Assembly: GCA_049999805.1 (NCBI GenBank)
Contig: JBNGIO010006379.1
Coordinates: 713,414 to 777,413, forward strand
Direction: 5' to 3'
Source: Folioceros fuciformis
Lineage: Eukaryota
Length of the DNA: 64,000 bases
The notes under the pieces: model-generated
What the model was told of the DNA's origin: nothing
The model's database searches: none
Seen by the model: the letters and a program-made list of their open reading frames with translations, nothing else
Position numbers and translations under genes: made by a program
Shown here: positions 48,840 to 62,100 of the stretch, in pieces
Layout: every line of letters starts with the position of its first letter
Numbering within the stretch: the first letter of the stretch is position 1

Positions 48840-51800
48840 CTATCCGTTGTCGGCTTTGTCATATGCGTTGGATTTGTGCTTGGGTGTAAACTTGAAGCCA
48901 TTCGGAGCAGGACCCAGAAGCATCTCGCTGATGCGAACCTGCGCCCGCACGACGTCAGCTTATACTAGTTTCTATTGACCCGTTCAACGACAAGATTCAT
49001 CCAAATATTCAACACCGGACAGAGCCTACTGTGGCTTACCCAGTCCACCGCACTTTCCGAAGCCATTAATGTTTCCAACTCATTTCTTCCTTCATAACAA
49101 GGGGGCCTCCAGTTCAGCTTCTGAGGGATGACTTCGAGCAGGTCCACCGGTATGTATCGGTGCGTATAGCTCAGCCACTCCAGGAGAAAGTGTCTGGTTG
49201 TTTCCACACCTACAGAAAGCACACCAACAGCGAGGTCAACACCCATCGACCTGGGTAGCAACAAGCCAAGATTCACAGCAACAACTCTACACAAGAGGCG
49301 AAGAACACCTTTCAAATCAGATCCCCAGTGCTCCAGACCATATCGGACGTAGTCCTTCAACAGCTCCAACCTCTCTCCTGAACTGATATCCCAATGACGT
49401 TGCTCCTTGATCTCAGTCATCAACCACGGCTGAAAACCAAATGAAGTTGAGTCTAACGGAAAGGATTCCTTCTCAGTGATTTGCAAAACCTTTGTAACTC
49501 TGTCCCATGAAACAATAATACCTTAATGAGTGCGCCTCTGGCTAACATGCAAGTGGAAAGCCTCCCTCCAGCAGTTTGAATATGCTCATTCCAGTCAGTG
49601 TAGGAAAAAATATCTCCATTGCCAATCACTTGCAAGGAATCTGGTGCTTGGCTTGAACACTCGTATATGTAGTCCCAGTTAGCCAGCTTACTGTAGCGCT
49701 GTTGCCGTGTTCTGCCATGGACAGTCACAGCTGTAGCTCCCCAATCACGCAGTTGTGGAATATAAGAATGGGCGCAGTTTTTCCCTTCATAGTAGCCCAT
49801 TCGAACCTGCAAGACTGTCTTAATTTCAATACTGTTTAACATACAGGCAGCAGAAGATGCACTAAATGTGTCTCCATCCAACTGTGCAGCAATCCATCTT
49901 TCATTTTATACCTTCACAGTCAAAGGTTTGTCCATTGCGGCTGCAGTTGCCGTCACAATCTGAGCCAACCGGGCTGGTTTAGTGAGTAAGCACGATCCTG
50001 CCCCCTTGTTCACCACAATGTCGATTGGACATCCAAGGTTGATATCCACAAAATCAATGGCGCAAGCTTGCTCAATAACTTCGGCAGTTCTTGACAAGGT
50101 GTCTGGGTAGGAGCCACAGATTTGTACACCAAAAATATCCTCAGACGGATGGCGCCGCAGCAATGCCCATTCAGATGCGTGTCCCTGGCAAAAACGACAC
50201 CAGAATTCAGTCTCTGCCCTGAAAATCACATGAGTAATTTGAGGGTAATTTAACTCCCTTCACCTGCAGCAGCTTCGTACACATTGCCATCTCGCCACAT
50301 GTGATGTCAGCACCAAGTTGTTTACACAACCGTCGGAATGGAAGATTTCCAACTGTTGTAAGAGGAGCAACATATATTTTTCCTCTGAAATCTATCAACT
50401 TCTTCTCCCGTGCGTGCAGTCTTAACTCCTTGTCATCCTTGACTAGGCCACAATCGTCATCCACATGCTCGGTAACTGCGTTCACAGATTCAGCAACAGG
50501 TAGCTCCTCTACACAGTTGTTGTCAGTAGGCTTTGCAGTGATCCCCTGATCCTTTGATGCGTCACTTTCTCCACTAGTAACATGACCTTCCAGACCTTTT
50601 ACCTTTTTCTGACAATGTTCTTTTGCGCCTTGGACCTCAATGGAAAGGTCAGAGTTTCGCTTCCTATCATGGCAACCGTTCCCACTCGGGCTGGTTGCAT
50701 CAAAACAGCCAGCATTGCTATCTGCAGATGCTGCTGTCATCTCTACATCTATCCCCTCTGTAACCGTGGTGTCTACAGGTGCCGTCATTTCCACATCACT
50801 GACCCTGTCCTTAAACGTACCGTCTAACTTTTGGCTGGAATGTTCTTGAGTTTTTTTCTTGTTAGGATTTTGCCTAGCTTTACCCTGTCAGCATCCAAGA
50901 CGTCAATTAGATAGATGCAACTGCAATAGATCACCACAGAGGCAATCCATCTTCAAACGGGAAAATGTCTAGATCAATCATAGTAGACCTCTTAAGGGCA
51001 GGCGAAAACAACGTACACCCATGCCATCCGAAACAAAACAGCGAGCTCAGTCTGTACCAGAAGCCCCATGGCTGCCAGCTTGGCATCAGCCTTCACAAAA
51101 TCCACTTGGTTCTTCCAAAGCCTCTTCTGAAAATCTTTATCCAAAGCATTTAGTTCAACACCCGCAACTGGTCCATCCCGTTTCGTCTCCCCAAGTTTAG
51201 CAGCAGCGTTTTGCCCAACCAACCGAACATGTGTGCCGGCAAACCTGCATCCTAGTCCGTAAGGGCACTCCTTCCCGGCACCAGAGAAGGGGCAAGGGCC
51301 TTCCAAATCAGGTGGTTTCTGCATGAAATGAGGATGGCTTGTTCAGGGCGCTTTCTAGTCCAAACACCAATTCCAATTGAGGATATACGTGCAAGAAAAA
51401 TACCTGTGCCAAGAATTTTTCCAGATCGTGGTTGAACCTGCATTTAGAGGCATACTGGCAGGAATTGACATCCCCAGTCCTTGCGACAGCTGTACAGAGG
51501 CCTTCAGGTGATGCTTTCGCCTGCACCAAAAGCCAAGCCCCCTTCTAAGCCTCCCGACCACCAAGGCACCATCAACGAGACAGCAAACAAACAGGTGGCA
51601 ATCAAGCCGAATTCTAGGTCGAACAGCCAATCTCACACTCAGCCGTTCTTTCTTCATGGCCCGCTTGGACTTCCTCTGCACGGAAACCTTGGATGCAGCA
51701 GCATCTCCGTTCTGCTGAAAAAGACCTTTCTCAGGTCGCGGAAGACTGCTTCTGCCATCATCCCACGGCTCCACGCTACTCTCCACCAAGGGCCGCCTCT

Positions 51801-52119
51801 TGCCAGTCCGCAAAAACTCACGCTTCACCGGCGCCCGGGCCTTGGCCACCAGCTCCTCCGCAGACGGATAGTCCTCCCGCCCTGCATCAGCAGGCTGGTC
51901 GCTGCCATCCGGCGTACGCGCTTCCACTGCAGCCTCCCCCTCTTCAAGTGCCGCTTGCGCAGGGGCGAGCTCCTGCCCGGCTTCTTCGCCGTCCTCAATC
52001 ATGATGTCGTCTCCATCTCCGTCTGCTTCAGCATCCCCTTCCCCTTCCTGTGCAACCTCCGCTCGGCCATGGTGCTCAATCGGCGGCGTGTCGGGAGGCA
52101 GCGGCTCCATGCTGGACAT
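48840..52119 (-). CDS. DUS3: tRNA-dihydrouridine(47) synthase DUS3-like with CCCH zinc-finger region
   Basis: [94 protein letters not shown]. Confidence 0.95.
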
Positions 52120-52535
52120 CCACACCTAAGAATTCAGCTGCTCCATGGAAGGCTGACTTTTACGTGCAGTCACCCCAGCACTCGCAGTGCACCCAGGCTG
52201 GCTGACGGGCTGCAAGAGGAGCGTGCGGAGTTTCCTGCAGAGGAATATACACTAACTGCATGTCTTGCAAAGGCACACAGGTCCGTCCAGGTTCCCCGCC
52301 ATGACAGAAACAACGGTAAGAGAGGGGCCGGCAAATTACTGTAAATGGTGTTTATCCAGTGATCAGTGGCTTAATTGCGGGCACTTTCCTGATTGAACCC
52401 AAAAAATTCGGTTTTGATGCTGGTCTCCTCCACCATAGCACACAAAGGTGCGTGCTGATGCTGCGGATCGTTTGCAACAGGCGGAGGGAAAGCAAATTTG
52501 GACAGCGAGAATTGTGACGGCGGGTGGCTCGCAGG

Positions 52536-53978
52536 ATGGCTCCTACTCCTCGCAGATTGAACGGGAAGGTGGCGGTGGTGACAGCTTCCACGCAGGGCAT
52601 CGGTTTCTCCATCGCCCAGCGGCTGGGGGAGGAGGGAGCTGCCGTGGTCATCTCTTCTCGCAAGCAGGTTCTCCCGGTTGTCTGCGTTAAGGCTGGGGCA
52701 ACGGCTGTGGCTGTGGCGTTTGAATGATAGGGTTGAGGCCGCAGTTGAGGAAGGTTTTGGCATGTCCGTACAACATGTTGTGCTTCCGAGGAATTGGATG
52801 CTTCCTCATGCTTGCCTTTGCGATGCAATGACAGAAAAACGTGGATGAAGCGGTGGAGAAGCTTAGGGCGCTGGGGATCGACGTGCACGGGGTGGCTTGC
52901 CATGTCTCCGTTGCTGATCAGCGCAAGAGGATGATCCAGCAGACAGTCGATGTGCGCACGGTTTCCCCTCCGAAGGTCGAATTTGCATGCTTGTAGAGAT
53001 GCGGGGTTGGACTGAAAAAAAGGTCGGCATCTGTGTTGGATGGGGGCTACAGAAATATGGACGAATCGACATCCTTGTATCGAATGCAGCTGTGAATCCA
53101 ACGGTGGACCCCATTTCCAGAATCACCGAAAGCGCACTGGACAAGCTGTGGGACGTGAACGTGAAATCCGCTGTTCTACTGGTTCAGGTGTTGGTTGCTT
53201 GTAGGCTAGGCCAAGCTTGCTTGTTTCATTGTCAAAGCCTTCTGAGGAGACCGGTCTTGAGCTTGTGTTTGTGGGTTACCAGGAGGTGATTCCGCATCTG
53301 GGAGAAGGGTCTTCGGTCATCTTCATCTCCTCCGTAGCAGCTTTCGCTAACGCGAATTTGAGGGAGACGGCCATGTACGGAGTGACCAAGACAGCACTGT
53401 TGGGACTGACAAAGGTTTGTATGTTCGATGCATGCGCTCGTTTCTCCATTGCTGCCGAGATCTCGGCCTATGATGCTGAGCCTGAAGCATGTCCATTCCA
53501 CGTTTCATGACATCCAAGGCAGCTGTCACTCCTGACGCCCAACACCTTACTGTTTCCTCTCCTTGCATTTGCAGTATCTGGCAGCAGAATTGGCACCCAA
53601 GGTGAGGGTGAATTGTGTGGCACCGGGCTTCGTTCCCACCCACTTCGCGGAGTACATCACCACCTCCCCGGAAATGGTGAGCCCGCTACCCGACAATGTG
53701 CTGTCATGCTACTTTCCTCCCCCAAATCTGGACTGACAAGGCGAGCTTTTTCAAACGCCAGTCCTGTGTACGGCTTTCCCAGAGCTTAGCTCAGATCAGC
53801 TCGACTGACCTCGGATTGCGATGCGCAGAGGAAGGCGTTAGAGGAGCAGACCCTTCTGAAGAGGCTGGGAACGCCAGAGAATATGGCGGCAGCGGTGGCA
53901 TTCCTGGCGTCCGACGACGCTTCGTATGTGAGCGGGGAGACGCTGGCTGTCGCCGGTGGCGTACCGTCCAGGCTATGA
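52536..53978 (+). CDS. IBR1: Peroxisomal short-chain dehydrogenase (DHRS4-like SDRA/IBR1)
   Basis: [27 protein letters not shown] catalytic motif, VAPGFVPT, C-terminal PTS1 SRL*. Confidence 0.93.
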
Positions 53979-55115
53979 CACATTCATCACACACCTCCGT
54001 CCCTCCTCCTCCTATTGCTGCTGTCATCCTGGTATCACTCACAGCCGTAGCAGCAGAGTAGAGAGACAGGTAATCAGAGCCCACCCGAAGCAGTGAATGA
54101 TGGCGTCCATCCCACTGTGTCCTGCTTAGCAGCAACGCCACCAACCTGGCCTCCACGCATTCATGGGCCCCGTGGGCAAATATTCTAATGCGGCAAGTAT
54201 GATGTGCGGACTGTGTTGCACGATGATGCTGATTGCGGAGCAACGCGAAAGGAAAGGAAAGGAAAGACGGGGAGAAGAAAAAAGAAAGGCGAGTGCCGTC
54301 CAGAGTGCCTGGGAGCACGCGCAGCACAAGCAGCGAGTGGGGCGCACAGTGCGCCTCTGGCCACAGGAAGAACCTGTGCCGACCCCCCGTGCTGTTGTTA
54401 TGTCCCGCCGTGCCGGGTGCTGAGGCCGGTGGCGAGATGGCCGACATGATATGATATGTAGATGAGCGCTGAGAGGGGCAAGTGCAGGAGACGAGGCCAG
54501 GCTGTTGTCAGGTGGCATCAGAGTGGTGGGCCGGCAGAGCAGGGCAGGGCCCTGGGCCTGAGACTCTGTGAGAGGCTGTTCTGGGCTGAGAGGGGTTGCC
54601 TCTTTCTTCCAAGTTGGAGGAGGGCAGCGCACGGCAGTGGCAGCGGCAGCGGCTGGGGCGCAGCACAGGGCACGCTCGATCCAGAGCCAACGAGTGCAGA
54701 GATAGCGCAGAGCAGAGCCCGGCTTGCGATAGAATAGGAGGGGAAGTTGCCCTCCGCATGTGAGAGGGCGAGGAAGGAGGCGAAGCAGGAAGAGGGATGT
54801 TTTGTAGAGCGATGATGGTGGTGCGCGGATAATCGAGCTCGCGCGGGAAGCCGATTTGTGAGGGCGGCTCCCAGATCTGGCACGCACGCGCAGGAAGATC
54901 CGCTGGTCGGAGCAGGCCGCCATGGGAGCGCGAGCTGGAGGCGGAGCTGGAGCGGGAGTCGGAGCACGGTAGCGGATAGCAGAAGGGCAGAGCAGAGCAA
55001 GCCAGGCCAGGCCAGGGCACAGTGTGGCAGGCAGTCAGGAAGGCAGAGTGCGGGCTCGCCATTGGCCCCCAGTTTTGCCGCCATCGTTGCATCCCCCGTC
55101 TTCCAGTACATGTAG

Positions 55116-57564
55116 ATGGAGCCGGAGGTGAAGGAGAGCTCCAGTCCGAGCCCGCCCCGGCCCCTGCTTGATGCCGGCACCGGTACAGGAGACGCGGACG
55201 CGGACTTGGAGGCGGACGAGGCGGACGCGTCTGGAGCTGCGGCAGGGGCAGGGGGGTCGGGGACCAGGCGCGGCACAGGTACTGGTAGCGGCAGCGCCAG
55301 GAGGCGACGCGCCAGACCCGTAAGTACAAGCAGCAGCAGGAGCAGGAGAGGCATGGCCGCCATGGCGGCTGCCGCCGCCGCGGCCTCCGCCGTGTCTGCT
55401 CCTGCTGCCGTTTCTGGCTCTGGTGCAGGCAAAGGAGCAGCAGCAGGAACAGGGTCAGGAGCGGGGTCAGGGTCAGCGTCAGGGTCGGGAGCAGCAGCTG
55501 CAGCAGCAGCAGGAGCTTCGTCTTCTTCCGCACAGCCGCAGCAGCAGCCGGCGCACGGCTTCCACCGGCGGGGGCAGGACTGGTTCTACACCACAGGGCT
55601 GCCTTCGGATGTGGTGATCGAGGTAGACGATGTGAGTTTCCATCTCCACAAGTTCCCGCTGCTGGCGAGGTCGGCCAAATTGGCGGACATGGTGTCTCGG
55701 CACGGCGAGGGCAAGTGCGTGCTGCAGCTGGAGGACATCCCCGGGGGCGCGCACGCCTTCGAGGTCTGCGCCAAGTTCTGCTACGGCGTGCGGGTGGAGC
55801 TGGCGGCAGGGAACGTTCCGGCTGTCTTCTGCGCGGCGGACTGGCTCCTGATGACGGAGGAGGTGGCGGAGGGGAATCTGGTGGCCAAGGCGGACGCATT
55901 TCTGGACCAGGTGGTGCTGCGGAGCTGGAGGGACTCGGTGCGGGCGCTGCATGCCTGCCAGGCTCCCAATCTCGCGCCGCACGCGGAACGGCTGGGGATT
56001 GTGAGGAAGTGTGTGGACGCTTTGGCGGCCAGGGCGTGCGCGGATCCGGGGGTGCTGGAGCAGCAGCAGCCCACCAGTCCCGGGGGAAGCATTCTGTGGA
56101 ACGGGATCAGCACGGGCGCGGTGCGAGCCGGAGGCATGGCGGGAGGGCTCGGGGCCGCGGACTGGTGGTACTCGGATCTCGCTACCCTGCACCTGCATTT
56201 CTATGAACAGGTGATCTCGGCGTTGCAGGCTAAGGGGATGCGGGCACAGAGCGTGGCGGGGGCCGTGGTTCACTACGCTAAAAAGAATCTCCCGGGGCTG
56301 CAAAAGCGGCACGCCGCGTCCGGGAATCTGAGCGCGGAGAGCGGGAAGCTGCTGGCCATCGGGGGCGCCGGAGGCGTTGGGGAGCCGGACCCCAAGCTGC
56401 TGCTGGAGACGCTTGAGAGGTTGCTGCCGATGCAGAAGGGAGTGTGTTCTTGCAGGTTTCTGTTCGGAATGTTGCGGAGCTCCATGATTCTGGGAGCTAG
56501 TCCGCTATGCAAGAGCAGTCTTGAGAGGCGGATCGGGTTGCAGCTGGAGCAAGCGACGCTGGATGATCTTTTGATGCCCAACTACAGTTACTCTGTGGAG
56601 ACGCTGTACGATGTGGAGACGGTGCAGCGGATTCTGGACCACTTCCTGCTGCTGGACCAGGCGGCGCAGCCGTTGCAGGAAAGTGGGGCGTCGCCGTTGG
56701 GGGGGCAAGNNNNNNNNNNNNNNNNNNNNNNNNNNNNNNNNNNNNNNNNNNNNNNNNNNNNNNNNNNNNNNNNNNNNNNNNNNNNNNNNNNNNNNNNNNN
56801 NNNNNNNNNCCCCGTCGCTCAACCCCGTCTTCATCGTAGCCAAGCTGCTGGACGTGTACCTGGCGGAGGTGGCGCCGGACGTGAATCTCAAGCCTGCCAA
56901 GTTCCAGGCGCTGGCGGAGGCGCTGCCGGACTACGCCAGGCTCATGGACGACGGGCTGTACAGGGCAGTGGACATCTACCTCAAGGCGCACCCCTGGCTC
57001 ATGGAGCACGAGCGGGAGCGGCTGTGCCGGGTGATGGACTGCCAGAAACTGTCACTAGAGGCGTGCACTCACGCGGCGCAGAATGAGCGGCTCCCGCTGC
57101 GGGTCGTGGTGCAGGTGCTCTTCTTCGAGCAGCTGCAGCTGCGCACCGCCATAGCCGGCTGCTTTCATGTGGCGGACCCGGCTGAGCAAAACAGTCGCCC
57201 CAGCTACCGGTCCAACCCGGGCGGGGATCTCAGCGGGAACATTTTGGGGCCCGGGATTGCTCCTGCTCCCCAAGCCGGCGCTGGGGGCCCCTGGGCGAAC
57301 GTGGTCAGGGAGAATCAGGTGCTCAAGGTGGATATGGACAAGATGAGGGCTAGGGTGCATGATCTGGAGAGGGAATGTGCGCACATGCGGACGGAGATTC
57401 AGAAGCTGGGCAAGAGCAAGCGCAGGGTCTTCAAGTCCTTCGATCTGACCAAGCTGGGATGCAGTAGGCAGGCGGATTCAGGTCTGGACTCCGAGTTGGG
57501 CACGGGGATTGAGCATCCGCCCTTCCCCAAGCCCCACAGAAGGCACAATACAGCTCTGTCCTAG
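55116..57564 (+). CDS. NRL: NPH3/RPT2-like (NRL) BTB + NPH3-domain protein; no introns visible, interrupted by an assembly gap
   Basis: SDVVIEV..FHLHKFPL, PGGAHAFEVCAKFCYG, ILWNGI, LEQATLDDLL, DDGLYRAVDIYLKAHP, HAAQNERLPLR, C-terminal coiled coil. Confidence 0.93.
56710..56809. other. 100-N scaffold gap inside the NRL gene; the apparent frameshift is an artefact
   Basis: Fixed 100-N spacer between two in-family reading frames. Confidence 0.9.
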
Positions 57565-58376
57565 CCTACAAGTTTTCACCCAGCGTTTCCTTTCCGTCTT
57601 TTTCTTTTGGTGGCATACGGAGGTTCGTTTGGCCTGGATTCCTCCTCCGCTGCCCGCCGTCTCCTTTGATATTTATTGTAGCATATCATGCACTAGTGCG
57701 CAGCTGCTGCAAGCGGGACCATCCCAGTCGCTAGTGTCTTGTCATTGGAGCCCAAGTGTACAATAATATTGATTGTCCCATTTTGGACCGATTGTGAAAC
57801 ATGCCCACCAGTTTGCTCCGAGGCATTGGAAGAAGAATCTGTCCTAGCAACTTGCTGGATGAAGGCGTCCAATCCATCTTTTATCTTCTGTTGGTACACT
57901 CACTTTGCATATATCCTTGACACTCACTTAGCATATATCCTTGGCCCGCCTGGTTCTCCTCAACGGCACGTAGGAGTAATGGTTGCAGCTAACTGTGGGT
58001 TGAGTGCACCAGCTGCCCAAAGGTACCGGCAATCAAATTACTGAACGTTTCGCACTCGGCAGACCGTGGGTCTTACGTATATGTCAACGGCTTTCATCGT
58101 TCTCAAGTTCCCTCAACGGTTCTACTTTCAAAAGGGTTGCACATTACTACAGCAAAATCTACCGTACCTTCAATCACGACTCAAATCCTCATGTACTCTA
58201 AGTCCGTTGTCAAGCTCTAATTAGAGAGCTCATGTCTGATGGAGGCTTCATGTCGCAACAGCATGATAGTTTAAAGAAGACAAGCCATTAATTAAGATAT
58301 TCTAGCAATGTGGTTCTCCTTTGAAATCATGCTTTAGTGCATGCCAGGTGGTGTGTTTGTCTAACATCCACCGCTT

Positions 58377-59771
58377 TCAGCCTAACCTAGCTTCTCTTTG
58401 CAGCACCTGCAGGAAACGAAAACAAGGTCAATTATCCGATGTTGAAGTTGCCCTAGACTACCACTTTGCCTACCTGAAGCCTGTCAGTCAACAATATCAT
58501 TGTGACAAGAGTAGCCAATTCGCACGTCAGCCTGTACCTCTTCAGCAAACTTTATAAGAATGGTTGTTCGAGGCCGCGGCTGGCCCTCTACAGCAACAAA
58601 ATGTGCAGTGACTCTTGCTGGAAAGCCTGCACCGTCTAATACTCCCTGCGAAAATCAATGGGTCGAAATTAGAGATGCCCTTGTCGAGGTTTGCAAGAAG
58701 AAGGGTTTGGTCCAGAAAACAGTTTCTGTTAACAACCTTTACCACCCCAGCAACGAAGGCACCACAGTTGAAAGCTCCCATGTCCTTCGGAACCGATATA
58801 TACCTACCGTGTGCGGTAGAGGATATTAGGATACGGGTAGACACAGGCATGAGATTAGGTATGCCGCAAACTACACACAAATACCATACTTGTTGACGAG
58901 CAATTCCTTTTCACTGATCATGTACTCGTCCTCATGTTCCGTGCCTTTCTCCAGGGAATCAGCAACCTGCATCGAGGGATCAGTATGCTTACCAAGAATA
59001 CCAAACCATACATACCTACTAATGTCTGACATAATCCGGCTAACGATGCCAAAATATTTGGAAGACTAACATCAGGTAGCTGCCCACCTTCCCAAACAAA
59101 GCCTTCCACACTGTGCTGTGGACAAAAGAAAGAATGCCCAGTAGCCTTGTTTCTCTCCTATTTCCCTGTTCGATCCAGCGACAGGTTAATCACAATGCTG
59201 TGAAGCAGGATTGTCTGATTCACCTGGAATACGGATGTTGCTGACCTTGTCCCTGTGACATAGCAGCTCCAGCATTCTCAATCCAACCCCATAGCCAGCA
59301 TCTTCCAGCCTGCCCTTCACGTCAAAGAACAGCATGAGTCAACAACAAGTGCTAGCAAATTTAGGCTTCCGGCAACAGGCTACAAGACATTGCAATTGCC
59401 TTACAAACTGGAGGCGTCAAGGTTAGAAGTCCTTTGCGATCCTAATTCTGTAATTCGACGTGCTCGAGTGTCAAAGCTAACCACTGACAAAACATTCAGC
59501 TGGATGAAATACCTGCGTTCCAATTCGGTGATGTTGTCCACCCGTGTCTGGTTATACTGGACAAGCTCCGAGAAGAGGAAGGAGAAGACGCTCAAGCTCA
59601 CCTGACCCACAAGGGTACCAAAACATGATATCTCTTCTTCCCTGAAGGTGACTCTAGCGCTGAAGCAAAGGTGACGGACTCGAGCAACGGCGAGCTCACC
59701 TCAGTCTTGCCCTTGCCGAGCGGTCTGTCAACGACATTGACATACTGCTTGGACCTGCCCACTCCTATCAT
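58377..59771 (-). CDS. TRS31: TRAPP complex subunit 5, 8 exons
   Basis: [69 protein letters not shown]. Confidence 0.96.
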
Positions 59772-59898
59772 TTCCCCTGTGCTGTGCGATAGACTCGCAG
59801 GCTGTGGCCACGGCTGGCGTGGCGGATCGAAGGTTGGCAAGCCGGAGTCGGAGTAACCCCTGAGAATGAGATAGGGTTTCACAAAACTCCGCCGATCG

Positions 59899-61174
59899 AT
59901 GGAGGCGCTGCAGGTGTATGCATCCGACTCGGATACTGATGGCGAGGATGTTGCTTTGCCTCCTCCAGACGAGCTTCTCCGTTCCTTGCCCTCCACAAGT
60001 AAGCTTGTCTTAGAGCTTGGGGTACAGCACGAGCGATAGTGTTTGGTTCACATGTGGTTTTGCGCAGGCGCAGATTTGGCCATCTCCGGAGGTAAAGTTC
60101 GGAATTTTCCTCATGTGAAAGGCAACTACGCTCTTCATGTCTACGTTCCAGGTATTTCATGTGATGTTTTGGAGCAGGTGCAGGTGGTGTGGAGGGGTTC
60201 TGCATTCTCCCCTAGTAGTCTGAAGGAGGATTGATCTCCTTGTTCTGGAACTGGGCCCGCAGTTGGTCTGCCGACTTTTGCCAGGATGAAGCTGCGGCCA
60301 TGCATGAAGAAAGCAGCTGTGCTGTTTCCAGATTTGCTATCCATGGAGGATGAGTCTGTGCGAGCTGGTGATGGCCAGGAGATTGCTCTGTGCAACGAAT
60401 ACCACATCAGCCTTGGAAGGACTGTGCCAATCCGCGTTCATCAGATAGATTCGATAGTGCAGATGCTGCGCCGCAAGTTTTCCAGCCAGAGAAGGTGTGC
60501 TCTTGATGTGGAACTTGTTCGGAGTTTGTTGTTTCTGGCAGTTTTACAAGTTTTCCGTTTGGGTAAGGCTTGTACCGTTGTGTGATTCAGCACAACAGGT
60601 ACGGCATAGAGTTTGGTATCTGGGAGGCATTCATCAACGACGAGCGGACTAGATCATTCCTAGCACTCGAAGCGGTTGCAGCTGGTGTTACCGAGGTACC
60701 AGTGACTGCCTGTGATCCCATTCTGTGCACAACTTATGTTTCCATGTCCCAGCTGCGAAGAAGTGGAAGTTGTGACTGACTTGTGGTGTGAGCAGGTAAA
60801 ACAGCAAGTTCTCCTGGTAGATGAAGTCTACAAACTCCACAAACTTCCTCCCTTCTACAAGGTAATGTGGATGTGCCATTCTGGCAGTTCCTGGACGTTC
60901 TATGGATATGTCCTTCCTACAACTTTCACTCATCCCGTGGTGTGATGTTTCGGAGAAGCAGGACCCTCGACCGCACATCTCTCTGGCATGGGTTTCTGGC
61001 GATGAGCTGACTCGACTTAGAAGAGTTACCGAGCAACTCAACAAACTCACGGAAAAGGATGGACAGTCCACACTCATGCAACGGTGGTCATCCCAAGTGA
61101 CAAGAGTAGAATGCAAAGTAGGTCAGAGAGTGTACTCTGTGTGGACGTCTGGCGCTGCTGGACCAAGCACGTAA
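59899..61174 (+). CDS. USB1: U6 snRNA 3' phosphodiesterase (2H family), 6 exons
   Basis: VRNFPHVKGNYALHVY, two HxS motifs (YHISL, PHISLAW), F.NDERTRSFLAL, LPPFYKDP. Confidence 0.93.
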
Positions 61175-62029
61175 GGATTAGGTCTGAAGCTTCTGTCCAC
61201 GAATGCATCACCCATGTCCTAAACAAACACACGGATCGGGGCTTTGACAGGACGAGGCTTGTATGTAATGAGAAGGATCTGCCGTGCAGCCAGGATTCTC
61301 ACCTTTCCCCTGCTCGTCGCAATAAAGTAGAGAGCTCAATCCCTTTAAAACTGGGTCCCTTCCCCGTGACTCGTACCTTTCTGTGAGCCCTGCGACCTCC
61401 TTTACAGCATATCTACATACAATATGCCTCTGCATGAGCTTCCGCTTTTGACCGTCGAAGACCAAGAATTCCTCGACTGGTGTGCGGCAGAGGCAGAGCG
61501 TTTATTGTAGAATAAGACTCCTTCTAATCCGGGGCAAATGATCATGTGTTTGACATGTTCGCAGCAGGGTTGAGCACATGGAGTAGTGCTAATCCAGCGA
61601 CCCCGATTAACAGCGTGAACGCAGGCTTTGCGATAGGAGAGGCCGGCAAAGATGTTCCTGTCAGAACGAGGATGATTGCACATGTACACACTTTCTTGAC
61701 CTGGGTTCCGCACTGGGATTCTGGAAGCGGTGGCAAATGATCCGGGCGATCACAATTGGGTACAGTCTGTTGGGATTTGCGTTCAATGCGCATAATCAGG
61801 AGCTGGGTATAAAAGGCTGTAAGTAATGGCCACTCTGGACTTGGATTGCAACTTGCCAGTGCAGAGCTGACAGGCATTCGTCATCACAGTGGAAGATTTG
61901 ACAGTCGTCATGGTCCCGCGACAGGGTGGCTCACCTTCCTAGCAGGCGGCAGTTGACGCGCTTGGGCGATAGATCCAGATGGAGAAGCCCCACGACCCAG
62001 TTAGGGCCGGCCGGGAGACGCTACCGGTA

Positions 62030-62100
62030 GGTCGGCTAGGCCGGGCCGGGCCGAGCTGGGCTGGGCCAGCCCAGCCTAGCCCAGGCCGACCGGGTCCTGT
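62030..62100. promoter_or_regulatory. Cluster of Site II-like (TGGGCY) elements forming a perfect 10-bp inverted repeat (62055-62064/62066-62075)
   Basis: GCTGGGCTGG-G-CCAGCCCAGC, upstream of the BTB gene. Confidence 0.5.

Noticed and set aside
48121..48889. ORFs spanning the first N-gap
   Set aside because: Artefacts of reading through Ns in the 3' UTR region between ITPK1 and DUS3.
54508..55899. Long antisense ORFs over the NRL gene (463 and 304 aa) and similar shadows over ProT, DUS3 and ITPK1
   Set aside because: By-products of high GC and low-complexity sense codons; no domain signal.
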